From positions 24,817 to 88,816 of the forward strand of contig JAIEQC010000050.1 in assembly GCA_019748055.1 (NCBI GenBank): a stretch of 64,000 bases of DNA. The letters are read 5' to 3'. The notes below the pieces were generated by a model. That model had not been told where the DNA came from and made no database searches. It saw only the letters and a program-made list of their open reading frames with translations. The stretch comes from Caulobacteraceae bacterium. GTDB taxonomy: Bacteria > Pseudomonadota > Alphaproteobacteria > Caulobacterales > Caulobacteraceae. Shown piece by piece: positions 39,458-48,058 of the stretch; within the stretch, counting starts at the first letter, position 1, and every line of letters begins with the position of its first letter. Position numbers and translations under genes: made by a program.

Positions 39458-40627
39458 TCAGAGCATCGGACGGGAGGACGCGTTATCGACCTCCTCGTCC
39501 TCGAAGGCGTCGATCAACTCGCGGATTTCCACCCGATCGAGCTGCAAGAGCCCCGCCAACTGGCCTTCGCTCAGGAGGTTCTTCTTCCAGGCCTCGCGCG
39601 CCAGCATGCCAAGCCGCAATGACACGGGCCGGGCCGCGTCCGCCTTTCGGGCGTCGACGCTCCAAGCGTCGCCGAGGACCTGCCGCGCCTGGTCGTTGGT
39701 GATTCCGCCGTTGTGCTCGAACCAATCCCAGGTTCCAACCTTGGTCAGGCCAAGCTCTTCCAGTCGGCGAACCATGGCTTCGCGCGCCACGCCAAAGGCA
39801 TGGGCGAGCACGATGACGTGGCGCCGTGTCAACGCGGAACTGCCAGCGGTGACATCCCGGAACATGGCCATTACGGAGCGGGCCGGGGTGAGAAAAGCCC
39901 GGGCGAAGGCGTTCGCGTAGCGCTCTTCGCGACTGGCTTCGGGTGAGCCGTCGTAGAGGGCGTCCGGTGCCCGCCGGGTCGAGACCAAATGGCCAAGCTC
40001 GTGACCGCCGGTCTGGGCGCGGCGCTCGCGCGGGTGGGCGGCGTTCAGAAGAATGCAGGGACCGGCGGCCTCATGGTAGGCGTAGAGGCCAGAGATCTTG
40101 GCCGGCAGGCGGCGAACGAACACTCTGACGCCGAGCTGAAGTTCGAGCAGCGAGACGATGTCGTGCACCGGCGCTTGGCCGATGCCCAGCCACTGGCGCA
40201 ATTCAGCCGCGTCGTGCTCCGCCTGGAGGACTACGTCTCCAGGCATGAGCGGGCGCTCGGGCGGATCGTTTCGGGTGCGACGCACGCCGAGGAGATCCTC
40301 GAGTTCCAATTCTGCCTGGACGAGGGTGGTCAAGAGGGTGACGGCGCCTTCGACCCCAGCATCCTGCTCGCCCATCCGTCGGAAGCGGGGCTTGAGATCG
40401 ACCTGCACCGCTTCACGTCGCAACAGCGCGTTCAATGAAACGCCATATAGCGACGCCAGCCGCTGCAGCTCGTCGAGCTTGGCCCTACGTTGGCCCTGCT
40501 CGATGGCGACCACAGTCGTGCGAGCTACCTCAAGGGCCGCGGCGGCGGCTGCCTGGGTGATCCTTGCCGCCTCCCGCGCGATCCGCAGCCGCTCGCCGAC
40601 TTCATGAGGGGATAGCGCTTCACTCAT
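39458..40627 (-). CDS. XRE HTH - ImmA/IrrE zinc-metallopeptidase fusion
   Basis: The ATG at 40627 gives MSEALSPHEVGERLRIAREAARITQAAAAAALEVARTTVVAIEQG (the HTH). The peptidase motif is TGGHELGHLV (HExxH). The start overlaps the upstream stop (ATGA). Confidence 0.85.
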   Translation of the reverse strand: MSEALSPHEVGERLRIAREAARITQAAAAAALEVARTTVVAIEQGQRRAKLDELQRLASLYGVSLNALLRREAVQVDLKPRFRRMGEQDAGVEGAVTLLTTLVQAELELEDLLGVRRTRNDPPERPLMPGDVVLQAEHDAAELRQWLGIGQAPVHDIVSLLELQLGVRVFVRRLPAKISGLYAYHEAAGPCILLNAAHPRERRAQTGGHELGHLVSTRRAPDALYDGSPEASREERYANAFARAFLTPARSVMAMFRDVTAGSSALTRRHVIVLAHAFGVAREAMVRRLEELGLTKVGTWDWFEHNGGITNDQARQVLGDAWSVDARKADAARPVSLRLGMLAREAWKKNLLSEGQLAGLLQLDRVEIRELIDAFEDEEVDNASSRPML

Positions 40628-42000
40628 TGCTGGACGGCCGAAAGGCCCCGGACGAAGGAGGTCGGCGCGAGCGCTGCAAGGAACCGATGCCATTCGGCTG
40701 CGTGACGGGCGAGCAGCGAACGCAACAACGCTTCGATGGCGACCGGATCTTCGTGCAGGACCTCTGCAGTTTCCCGGGCTACGCGCCGCACAGCGCGGAC
40801 CGCGCTCGGCGCGGTTGCTAACTCGGCGAGATGATCCATGTGCAAAACGCCGGCGATCGCGTGCTCGCGCATGGACTCGGTGATGCCAGTGAACCCGGGG
40901 GCCGCGCCAGCCTCCAAGGTCGGCGCAGAGAGATCTTCCCAGATGTAGGAGTCAGCCGGTTCGGCCAAGCCGGCGTTGAACATGCTCATGCGGCGCAGCA
41001 TGCAGGCCGCACAGATGCCGCACTGGCGGCGATGGCTATCGACGGAGGCGTGCCGCGACTGCTGCCAGCAGGAGCGGGTGTCGTCCCAGGTCGGCGGGTT
41101 AGGAAGGGCAGCGGCCTCGGCTAGAGTCTCGGCCTTAGTGGACCATAGCCGAGGGTATTCGTAGCGCGCACTCGACCCCACCAGGGCCTCGAAGAGAACT
41201 TCCATCCGTGTGGTGAAGAGCGGGTGGACGCGGTAGTCCGGGTAGATCTGCCCGCTGACGGCCATCATCGGGCCGAAGGCGCCTTGGCCGCTCTCGGTCA
41301 CGACGATGCGCTCGACGTTCGCAATCTGTGCCGCGACTCCGGTGACGACGGCGAACTTGAAGCCCCGCGACCGGGCGGACGATTCCTTGCGAGCCGGAAC
41401 GCGGACCTTGTAGGGCACGAGGGTGAAGGCGGCCCGGCGACGTTCGCGAAGCGGATCGTCAACGCCAACGGAACCGAGCCGCACGCGCACCAAGGCCGAG
41501 CCGCCCAGAGCTTGTGCGATAAGGGCGTGGACAGCGCGGGAATCCAGCCCATCGCTATAGGGCATGATGGCCTTGGCATTGGCTGGCAACTCCAGGCTCA
41601 GAGGACGCATGGTCTCGGCGCTCTTCTGGCGCGCGACGAAGCTGAACGACCAGGTGTCGCCGGTGAGGAAGGTCAAGGCGTCCTCGAGGGCGCTCTGGAC
41701 CGGAGCCGACGACCAAAGGCCCGGATCGTGCACGGCGACGCGGACGTTGAAGGTCCGTGCCCAAGAGACGGTCGAGCGCGCCTTGGCCGCGTCGCAATAT
41801 TCCGTCGTCGCCGCCACCACCAAGAGGTCGAAAAGCTCCGGGCGCCAATTCGAGAAGAAGTAGGTCTCCAGCCCTTCGGTCGACAGGCGGATCGCGGCGC
41901 CGAGTTCGGCAAGCTCAGCGCCGGGGCGGACCTGAACCCCGGGCTCAACGATGTCCACGACCATGGGCTCATCGACCAGTCGGACAGCAACGGTGGTCAC
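40624..42000 (-). CDS. QueC-like PP-loop ATPase with N-terminal extension and Zn-ribbon
   Basis: PYSDGLDS is a variant of the SGGxDS PP-loop. SCWQQ...x17...CGICAACMLRR resembles the QueC SCY...CGxCxxCxLR zinc site. The N-terminal domain of about 140 aa is unassigned. GTG start overlaps the upstream stop (GTGA). Confidence 0.7.
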   Translation of the reverse strand: MTTVAVRLVDEPMVVDIVEPGVQVRPGAELAELGAAIRLSTEGLETYFFSNWRPELFDLLVVAATTEYCDAAKARSTVSWARTFNVRVAVHDPGLWSSAPVQSALEDALTFLTGDTWSFSFVARQKSAETMRPLSLELPANAKAIMPYSDGLDSRAVHALIAQALGGSALVRVRLGSVGVDDPLRERRRAAFTLVPYKVRVPARKESSARSRGFKFAVVTGVAAQIANVERIVVTESGQGAFGPMMAVSGQIYPDYRVHPLFTTRMEVLFEALVGSSARYEYPRLWSTKAETLAEAAALPNPPTWDDTRSCWQQSRHASVDSHRRQCGICAACMLRRMSMFNAGLAEPADSYIWEDLSAPTLEAGAAPGFTGITESMREHAIAGVLHMDHLAELATAPSAVRAVRRVARETAEVLHEDPVAIEALLRSLLARHAAEWHRFLAALAPTSFVRGLSAVQQ

Positions 42001-42563
42001 AGGCGCACTCCTTCGTCGAGACCGGTCCGATCGATGGGCGAAGTTAGATCGCGGGCCGACACGCCGGCCACCAGCGCCGAGGCGAGCCCCTTCAAATCCA
42101 CGGCAGCCATCGACTCGGTCAGCCGCGCGCGCATCCCGGCGGCCTTACCCTGCGAGGCCTCGCGCCGGTAGTGCTCCTCCACCTGACGTTGGCCGCGGTC
42201 CGCGCGCTCGACGAGAGTCGCGAACGCGGCGTCCTCCAAGGCTTCAGCACCCCGACGGCCGTCACGCAATGCGTCCAGGGCGTTATCGGCTAGCAGCGCC
42301 TCCATAGGGTTGGAGTGCTGCGCGCGCAGGCGGCAGACCTCCTGCTTGGCGACTTCAAGCATCAGCAGGCCCCTTTCATCGTCGCCGAGGGCGGCGCGCA
42401 TCTGGCGCAAGAAGGACTGGCCGATTTCACGCCAGTCTGCCGCCAGCGCCGCCGGGACCGCCTCCGCCACTTCCGCATTGGTGTGGGCGGCGTTGCCGGC
42501 AAGCTTCGCCAGAGCCTTCCATTTGGTGCTCATCTTCAGGGTCTTGTAGGGGCCGTCGCTCAT
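41997..42563 (-). CDS. hypothetical helical protein (first gene of QueC-like operon)
   Basis: 188 aa, Ala/Glu/Arg-rich, predicted helical. No motif recognised. Confidence 0.6.
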   Translation of the reverse strand: MSDGPYKTLKMSTKWKALAKLAGNAAHTNAEVAEAVPAALAADWREIGQSFLRQMRAALGDDERGLLMLEVAKQEVCRLRAQHSNPMEALLADNALDALRDGRRGAEALEDAAFATLVERADRGQRQVEEHYRREASQGKAAGMRARLTESMAAVDLKGLASALVAGVSARDLTSPIDRTGLDEGVRL

Positions 42564-42811
42564 GCAGGCATCCTCGAATGTCAGGATGAATGCCCGAGTC
42601 GTCCGGCAATGTCAAATATTCCCACCATCTGCCTGACAATGTCAGATCCGGGCGGCAAACGATCTTTGACAGCGGGTAGGATTGGTGCCGACTAGGGGAC
42701 CTTCCCAACGTCTGCGTGGAGTCAGATGCGGCACTGATTCAGGTTCCGACCCGAGAGCGGACGGTGCGAACGTTCGCCAGAGTTAGGATCAAACGCTGAT
42801 AGCCGTAGGCG

Positions 42812-43174
42812 TTACCGGCTGGCGAGAACGAAGGTATTGCCCTCGTGGTCTTTAAACTTGGCGAAAGTTCCCCACGGCTGCGCTTCCGGTGGGCCTTCGA
42901 ACTCGACCCCCCGCTCGCGCAGCTGGCGATAGGTGTAGTCGACGTCGTCGCAGCCGAACGAGCCATTGAAGAACGTGCCGACGCGATCCTCCTGGCCCTC
43001 CGGGGTGAAGAGGACGATTCCCGTCTGAGCTCCGGGGATCGCCAATTCGATCCACCTCTGGGCCCCGAACGGCTGGTCCGTGGCCACGGCGAACCCCACC
43101 TTCTGCGTCCAGAAGGCAAGCGCCGCGTCTTGATCCCGGGTCGGCACGCCGACGAATTTGAGCTGCTTGATCAT
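42812..43174 (-). CDS. VOC/glyoxalase-family protein
   Basis: 120 aa. The KFVGVPTRDQDAALAFWTQKVGF...WGTFAKFKDHEGNTFVL pattern is typical of glyoxalase I-like fold proteins. Confidence 0.85.
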   Translation of the reverse strand: MIKQLKFVGVPTRDQDAALAFWTQKVGFAVATDQPFGAQRWIELAIPGAQTGIVLFTPEGQEDRVGTFFNGSFGCDDVDYTYRQLRERGVEFEGPPEAQPWGTFAKFKDHEGNTFVLASR

Positions 43175-43244
43175 GGTGGTCTCCTCGGGATCGATCTACG
43201 GCGAGGCCTTGCGGAGACAAAGGTGATCATCCATTGCTATAGCA

Positions 43245-43538
43245 ATGGCTGCCGCTTACACGCTCGACGCCTATGTTCTCGACACGCTGATGCGCGACCT
43301 CGTCGGTCACGATCGCCGCCCTTCCGCCTATCTGGTGTACCTCGTGGTCCTGACGCAGGAAGACAGCTTGGGCTGTCGACTGAGCCACGCGGAATTGTCG
43401 GCCCGCACCGGCCTCTCCAAAAGGGCCGTCCAGGACGCCTTGGCGCACCTCAAGCGGCGAGAACTGATCTCAAACAAGTCGACCGGGCCGACGCAAATCA
43501 CATGGCATAAAGCCCAGCGACCTTGGCGTCGTGCATGA
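43245..43538 (+). CDS. small winged-helix/HTH protein
   Basis: 97 aa. LSHAELSARTGLSKRAVQDALAHLKRRELI is an HTH-like segment. Divergent from the VOC gene. Confidence 0.55.
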   Translation: MAAAYTLDAYVLDTLMRDLVGHDRRPSAYLVYLVVLTQEDSLGCRLSHAELSARTGLSKRAVQDALAHLKRRELISNKSTGPTQITWHKAQRPWRRA

Positions 43539-43697
43539 GGTCCGCGAGCCCTTCCGGCCCCTGCTCGCACCTCGGCTGCATTCAGGGCGAAGGATGCATG
43601 GCCAACCCGCTGCAAGTCGCTTTCGAAGCGAGCCTCCCCATGAAGGCCTGACAGCCAGTCTAAATGACGGCCGGTCGATGCCGTTGGAGCAGGTTCG

Positions 43698-44543
43698 TCA
43701 GTGAGCCATGAGCACCGGGCACGGGGGAGCTTGCAGGACACTGCGGGTGGCTCCTCCCAGAATGAACTCGCTCATCCGGGAATGCCCGAACGCGCCCATG
43801 ACGAGAAGGTCGAAGCGCTGCCCGGCCACATAGGCCGACAGGACCTCGCCAATCTTGCGACCGCTCGCGTCCTCTTCGTAGACCCTCGCGTTCACGTCGT
43901 TAAGGGCGAGCCGCAGCGCGAGCCGGCTGGCTGACGAAGTCGCCGGGATCGACTTTTCATTGACGACGATCAACACCACCACCTCCTCCGCGCGCCGCAG
44001 CAGCGGCATGGCGTGGGCGATCGCACTGGCCGCGGGAGCGCCGAAATCCCACGCGACCACGATGCGTCGGAGCGATGGGCGCTCGCCAAGCGATTCTGCC
44101 GGGACGACCAGAACAGGCCCTCCACCCCCGAAGGCAATCGCCTCGGCGACGTCCTGTTGTTGGCCAAGCGAAGCCAGCAGAGGAACGACAGCGACGTCGC
44201 GCAGGCGGGCCGTCCTGGCGGCTAAAGACGGAATGTCGTGACCTGAGCAGATCGTGGTGACCGCGGCGACTGAACCGAAGTGGGTTTCGAGGCCCGAGGC
44301 CAGTGCGGTGTACCGTCGCGCCGTTTCCGCGCTCCGGGCGCGTTGCGCGGCCGCCATCGCCGGCAGATTCAGCAGCGCATTGGCCAAGGGGTTTGAAGGG
44401 GCCTGGATGTCCACCTCGAAGATCTCGAGCGAGAGACTGGCCTCGAGGAGTTGAGAAAACTGATGAGCCCAGGACAGAGCCTCGTCCGGCACGGGGTCCG
44501 GGTAGGTCACCAGTTGCAGAAGCACGTCGCGCACGTGGGGCAT
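43698..44543 (-). CDS. tandem universal stress protein (UspA family)
   Basis: Two Usp-like halves. The C-terminal DLLVMGAFGHSRMSEFILGGATRSVL is the Usp ATP-binding motif. The ATG at 44543 was chosen as the start. Confidence 0.8.
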   Translation of the reverse strand: MPHVRDVLLQLVTYPDPVPDEALSWAHQFSQLLEASLSLEIFEVDIQAPSNPLANALLNLPAMAAAQRARSAETARRYTALASGLETHFGSVAAVTTICSGHDIPSLAARTARLRDVAVVPLLASLGQQQDVAEAIAFGGGGPVLVVPAESLGERPSLRRIVVAWDFGAPAASAIAHAMPLLRRAEEVVVLIVVNEKSIPATSSASRLALRLALNDVNARVYEEDASGRKIGEVLSAYVAGQRFDLLVMGAFGHSRMSEFILGGATRSVLQAPPCPVLMAH

Positions 44544-44595
44544 CCTCCGGCTGAGGAGCATGCCCGACGCATTGTTGAGAGACCGGGCTCCCATG

Positions 44596-44617
44596 CGCAT
44601 CGAGCATGCTCGATGCG
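44596..44617. promoter_or_regulatory. 22-bp perfect palindrome (candidate operator)
   Basis: CGCATCGAGCATGCTCGATGCG lies just upstream of the Usp start. It shares the half-site CGCATCGAG with 44950-44958 and 45126-45134. Confidence 0.4.
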
Positions 44618-45127
44618 GACCGACATCACGATCACTGGATCGTCAGAGGGGCCCGGGCCGCTCGTATAGGCGTACCGAGGCATCCGATTTCGGTCAACGC
44701 AGGGACCGGGGTGAGCAGCGCTGCGCATCGCGTGTTGATGCCCCCTCAGCCCTCGCCGCACAGATCAGGACCTGGTTTGTCTGATCTCGGTTAGGAAGGC
44801 GCGATCAGGCGGAGAGGGGCCGGCCGTCCTATGCCGCCACCGCCGACAGGCGTCATGGATTCCTCAGCGCTACCAGCGCCTTGGCGTGAACGACGGTGCC
44901 CTCTGCATGCATGCCGCAGCCTGGTAGGCATCTCTGTGCGCCGGTGCCTCGCATCGAGGAGTTGGGCGACGTCCGCGCGGCATTAGAAACCCGGCCAAAG
45001 CGGACATGAGCGCTGATTATGCGCCTCTTCACCACCCCTTACTGGCCGAAGTGGACCAGAAAGGTGATGCTCCTGCTGCGGACCGGGCCCCTCTGGCGAC
45101 TTTCCCTCAGTCGCGATGTCGGTCCGC

Positions 45128-45143
45128 ATCGAGCGCGCTCGAT
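45128..45143. promoter_or_regulatory. 16-bp perfect palindrome related to 44596-44617
   Basis: ATCGAGCGCGCTCGAT, preceded by GC, giving GCATCGAGC. Lies about 70 nt upstream of the DUF465 gene start. Confidence 0.4.
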
Positions 45144-45212
45144 TCGGTCAGGGCCTCATCAACCCAGTACCTGTCCACATCGGGGGCGCTCCCTAACCCA
45201 GAGGAGCGAACC

Positions 45213-45398
45213 ATGACCCGAACCTACATCCACCGACTGCACGGGCGTCACGCCCTGCTGGAAGGCGCCCTGGCCCAGGAACTGCGACGTCCGTCCCCCG
45301 ACGCGGCGACGCTGGCGGCGATCAAGAAGCGCAAGCTGCAGCTCAAGGACCGCCTGCGGGCGCTTGAGCTGAAGCTGGCCTCGCAGGGCCTCAACTGA
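45213..45398 (+). CDS. DUF465 (YdcH-like) small protein
   Basis: The ATG at 45213 follows a GAGGAG RBS. The 61-aa HRLHGRHALLEGALAQELRRPSPDAATLAAIKKRKLQLKDRL is the DUF465 pattern. Confidence 0.7.
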   Translation: MTRTYIHRLHGRHALLEGALAQELRRPSPDAATLAAIKKRKLQLKDRLRALELKLASQGLN

Positions 45399-45476
45399 CG
45401 TCGACCCGACCACCGGTGATCGCTTGACCCCGCGCCTGAGATCAGGCTGCGGGGTCACCTTTGCGCGTAGGACGCC

Positions 45477-46454
45477 ATGGATTTCCTGACACAAGAATTC
45501 CTGACCAAGCCCGTGTGGATGTGGGCGGCCTTCCTCACCATCGTCGCCGTGCTGCTGGCGCTGGACCTCGGCGTCCTGCACCGCAAGCATCGCGAGATCG
45601 GCGTGCGCGAGAGCCTCGCCCTGTCGGCGGGATATCTGACGCTGGGCCTCGCCTTCGGCGGCTGGGTCTGGACCTCGCTCGGCGCCCAGGCCGGCATGGA
45701 ATACCTGACCGGGTTCGTCGTGGAGAAGTCGCTGGCGATGGACAACGTCTTCGTCATCGCGATGATATTCGCCTACTTCGCCATCCCGCCGCACCTTCAG
45801 CATCGGGTGCTGTTCTGGGGCATCCTGGGCGTGATCGTGCTGCGTGCGATCATGATCGCCGGCGGCGCCGCCCTGGTCAGCGAGTTCGGCTGGGTTCTCT
45901 ACGTCTTCGCCGCCTTCCTGATCGCGACGGGCGTAAAGATGCTGCTGATGGCCGACAAAGAGCACTCGCTTGAGGACAACGCCCTGCTCAAGCTGCTTCG
46001 CAAGCGCCTTAGCGTGACGTCGGACCTGCACGGCGAGCGGTTTTTCGTGAAGGCTCCGCATCCCAGGACGGGCAAGCTGGCGACGTTCGCGACGCCGCTG
46101 TTCCTCGCGCTCGTCCTGATCGAGGTGGCCGACGTCATCTTCGCCGTGGATTCCGTCCCGGCGATCTTCGCCATCACCACGGACCCCTACCTCGTCTACA
46201 CGTCCAACATTTTCGCGATCCTCGGCCTGCGGGCGCTCTACTTCGCCCTCGCGGCCATCATTCACCGCTTCGCATACCTCAAGTACGCGCTGGCCGTGCT
46301 CCTGATCTTCATCGGCTCGAAGATCTTCCTCGCCGACCTGTTCGGATTGGAGAAGTTCCCGCCGCAGGTCTCGCTTGGCGTGACCTTCGCCATCCTAGCG
46401 GCAGGCGTCTTCTGGTCGCTGTGGAAGACGCGGAACGGGAGGGCGACCTCATGA
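45477..46454 (+). CDS. TerC-family integral membrane protein
   Basis: 325 aa with EKSLAMDNVFVI and ADVIFAVDSVPAIFAIT (the duplicated TerC motifs). Confidence 0.9.
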   Translation: MDFLTQEFLTKPVWMWAAFLTIVAVLLALDLGVLHRKHREIGVRESLALSAGYLTLGLAFGGWVWTSLGAQAGMEYLTGFVVEKSLAMDNVFVIAMIFAYFAIPPHLQHRVLFWGILGVIVLRAIMIAGGAALVSEFGWVLYVFAAFLIATGVKMLLMADKEHSLEDNALLKLLRKRLSVTSDLHGERFFVKAPHPRTGKLATFATPLFLALVLIEVADVIFAVDSVPAIFAITTDPYLVYTSNIFAILGLRALYFALAAIIHRFAYLKYALAVLLIFIGSKIFLADLFGLEKFPPQVSLGVTFAILAAGVFWSLWKTRNGRATS

Positions 46455-47059
46455 TGTCGGAAGTGGATCCGCTGATCGCGGGATTCGAGCGGGGTCTGGC
46501 CTCGACCCCGCCGTCCCGGATGCCGTGGTCGACGCCCCGACGGCCGCACACGGCCGTCGTCGCCTGCTCGGACGCCGGCGTAGATCCGGAGCGGCTGTTC
46601 GACGCCTCGCCCGGGGAACTCTACGTCATCCGCAACCTCGGCGGCCTGGTGCCCGAGTATGCGCCGGACGGGGGCTGCCACGGGACCAGCGCGGCTCTCG
46701 AGTATGCGGTGCGCGTGCTCAAGGTGCGGCGCGTGGTGTTGCTTGGACATCTCGGTTGCGATGGGGTCCACGCCATGATCAACGGACCGCTGAAGAACGC
46801 TCAGGATTTCGTCTTCCCGTGGATGGAGCAGGCGGAAACGGTGATCTGGAACCTCCACCGACTGGAGCCGGGCCGCTCGGTCCAGGACCAGCTTGAAGAC
46901 GACGTCTTGAGGCTGTCGTACGCGAACCTGCTGGGCTTTCCCTGGGTACGCGATCGCGTTTCGTCCGGCAGTCTCAGGCTTGACGCCTTCAAACACGACG
47001 CGAAGCGCAGCCGGCTTCTGGCGGTCATGTCCGAAGGCAGTAACGGCGTCGGCGAGTGA
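46451..47059 (+). CDS. divergent beta-carbonic-anhydrase-like protein
   Basis: The ATG overlaps the TerC stop (ATGA). VVACSDAGVDPERLF...ELYVIRNLGG...LLGHLGCDG parallels the beta-CA motifs CxDSR / RNxGN / HxxCG, but with DAG in place of DSR. Confidence 0.75.
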   Translation: MMSEVDPLIAGFERGLASTPPSRMPWSTPRRPHTAVVACSDAGVDPERLFDASPGELYVIRNLGGLVPEYAPDGGCHGTSAALEYAVRVLKVRRVVLLGHLGCDGVHAMINGPLKNAQDFVFPWMEQAETVIWNLHRLEPGRSVQDQLEDDVLRLSYANLLGFPWVRDRVSSGSLRLDAFKHDAKRSRLLAVMSEGSNGVGE

Positions 47060-47108
47060 CCGCATCGCCGACCTTGTTCTGCGAGGGGCCAAGCGCGATC
47101 CTCATTCC

Positions 47109-47957
47109 ATGATCCGCGACCTCGACCTCGCCCTGCTGCGTACCTTCGTCACCATCGCGGACGCCGAGAGCTTCACGCGTGCCGCGGCCCGGCTGGACCT
47201 GACCCAGCCGGCGGTGAGTCTGCAGATGCGCAAGCTCGAAGGGCTCCTTGATCGACAGCTGTTCGACCGCCGCCACGGCGGCGTCGCCCTCACCGTCCAG
47301 GGCAGCGATCTGCTGCCTCAGGCCCGGCGCCTCCTCGCTCTCAACGACCAGATCCTGGCCAGCCTGCGCGAAACCGAGATCGAAGGAGACGTCCGCTTCG
47401 GAGCGCCGGAAGATCTCGCCTCCACGCACCTTCCCACCATCATCGCCCGCTTCGCGGAACGCCATCCGCGCGTGCGCCTATCGGTCACCTGCGACTTCAC
47501 CGCCAACCTCATGACGGCGCTCTCGCAGGGCCGGATCGATCTGGCCCTGATCAAACGGCGCCCGGCGCCGCGGGGCTCCGACGAGCGGGTGTTTGAGGAG
47601 CGCTTGGTCTGGCTCGCCAGAGAGGCCGGCCAGTTCGAGGCTCGCCCTCTCCCCTTGGTGATCGCCCCCACACCCGACGCCTATCGCGCCCGAGCGCTCG
47701 ACGCGCTGCAGGAGGCGGACATCAGCTTCCGCGAGGCCTTCGTCTCACCGAGCCTGGCCGGACAACTCGCCGCCGTCCGCGCGGGGCTGGGCGTCGCCAT
47801 CGCCCCGGCGACCCTCGCGCCGAAGGATCTCGTCGTGGCCGGGCAGGTCCTGCCCACGCCGGCGGCCGTCGAGATCGCCCTTCTGATCGGCAAGGGCCGG
47901 GCCGGCGGCGCGGTCGAGCTGTTGGCCCGCGAAGTCAAGGACGTGATTTTCCGCTGA
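47109..47957 (+). CDS. LysR-family transcriptional regulator
   Basis: The ATG at 47109 gives MIRDLDLALLRTFVTIADAESFTRAAARLDLTQPAVSLQMRKLE, a canonical LysR HTH. Confidence 0.9.
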   Translation: MIRDLDLALLRTFVTIADAESFTRAAARLDLTQPAVSLQMRKLEGLLDRQLFDRRHGGVALTVQGSDLLPQARRLLALNDQILASLRETEIEGDVRFGAPEDLASTHLPTIIARFAERHPRVRLSVTCDFTANLMTALSQGRIDLALIKRRPAPRGSDERVFEERLVWLAREAGQFEARPLPLVIAPTPDAYRARALDALQEADISFREAFVSPSLAGQLAAVRAGLGVAIAPATLAPKDLVVAGQVLPTPAAVEIALLIGKGRAGGAVELLAREVKDVIFR

Positions 47958-48058
47958 GTCATGAGTGACGCTTATGGGCCGCATCAGCCCAATAAGGTTG
48001 AAAGCGGCGCACCCGGTCATCAGAAGCGGCCCCCGTCACCCGCCGGGAACCGCGCCGC

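Noticed and set aside
45399-45476. Possible riboswitch upstream of the TerC-family gene (yybP-ykoY type)
   Set aside because: The spacer is only 78 nt and contains a single simple hairpin (CCCCGCGCC...GGCTGCGGGG). That hairpin fits better as the terminator of the DUF465 gene, and the spacer is too short for the four-helix Mn riboswitch.
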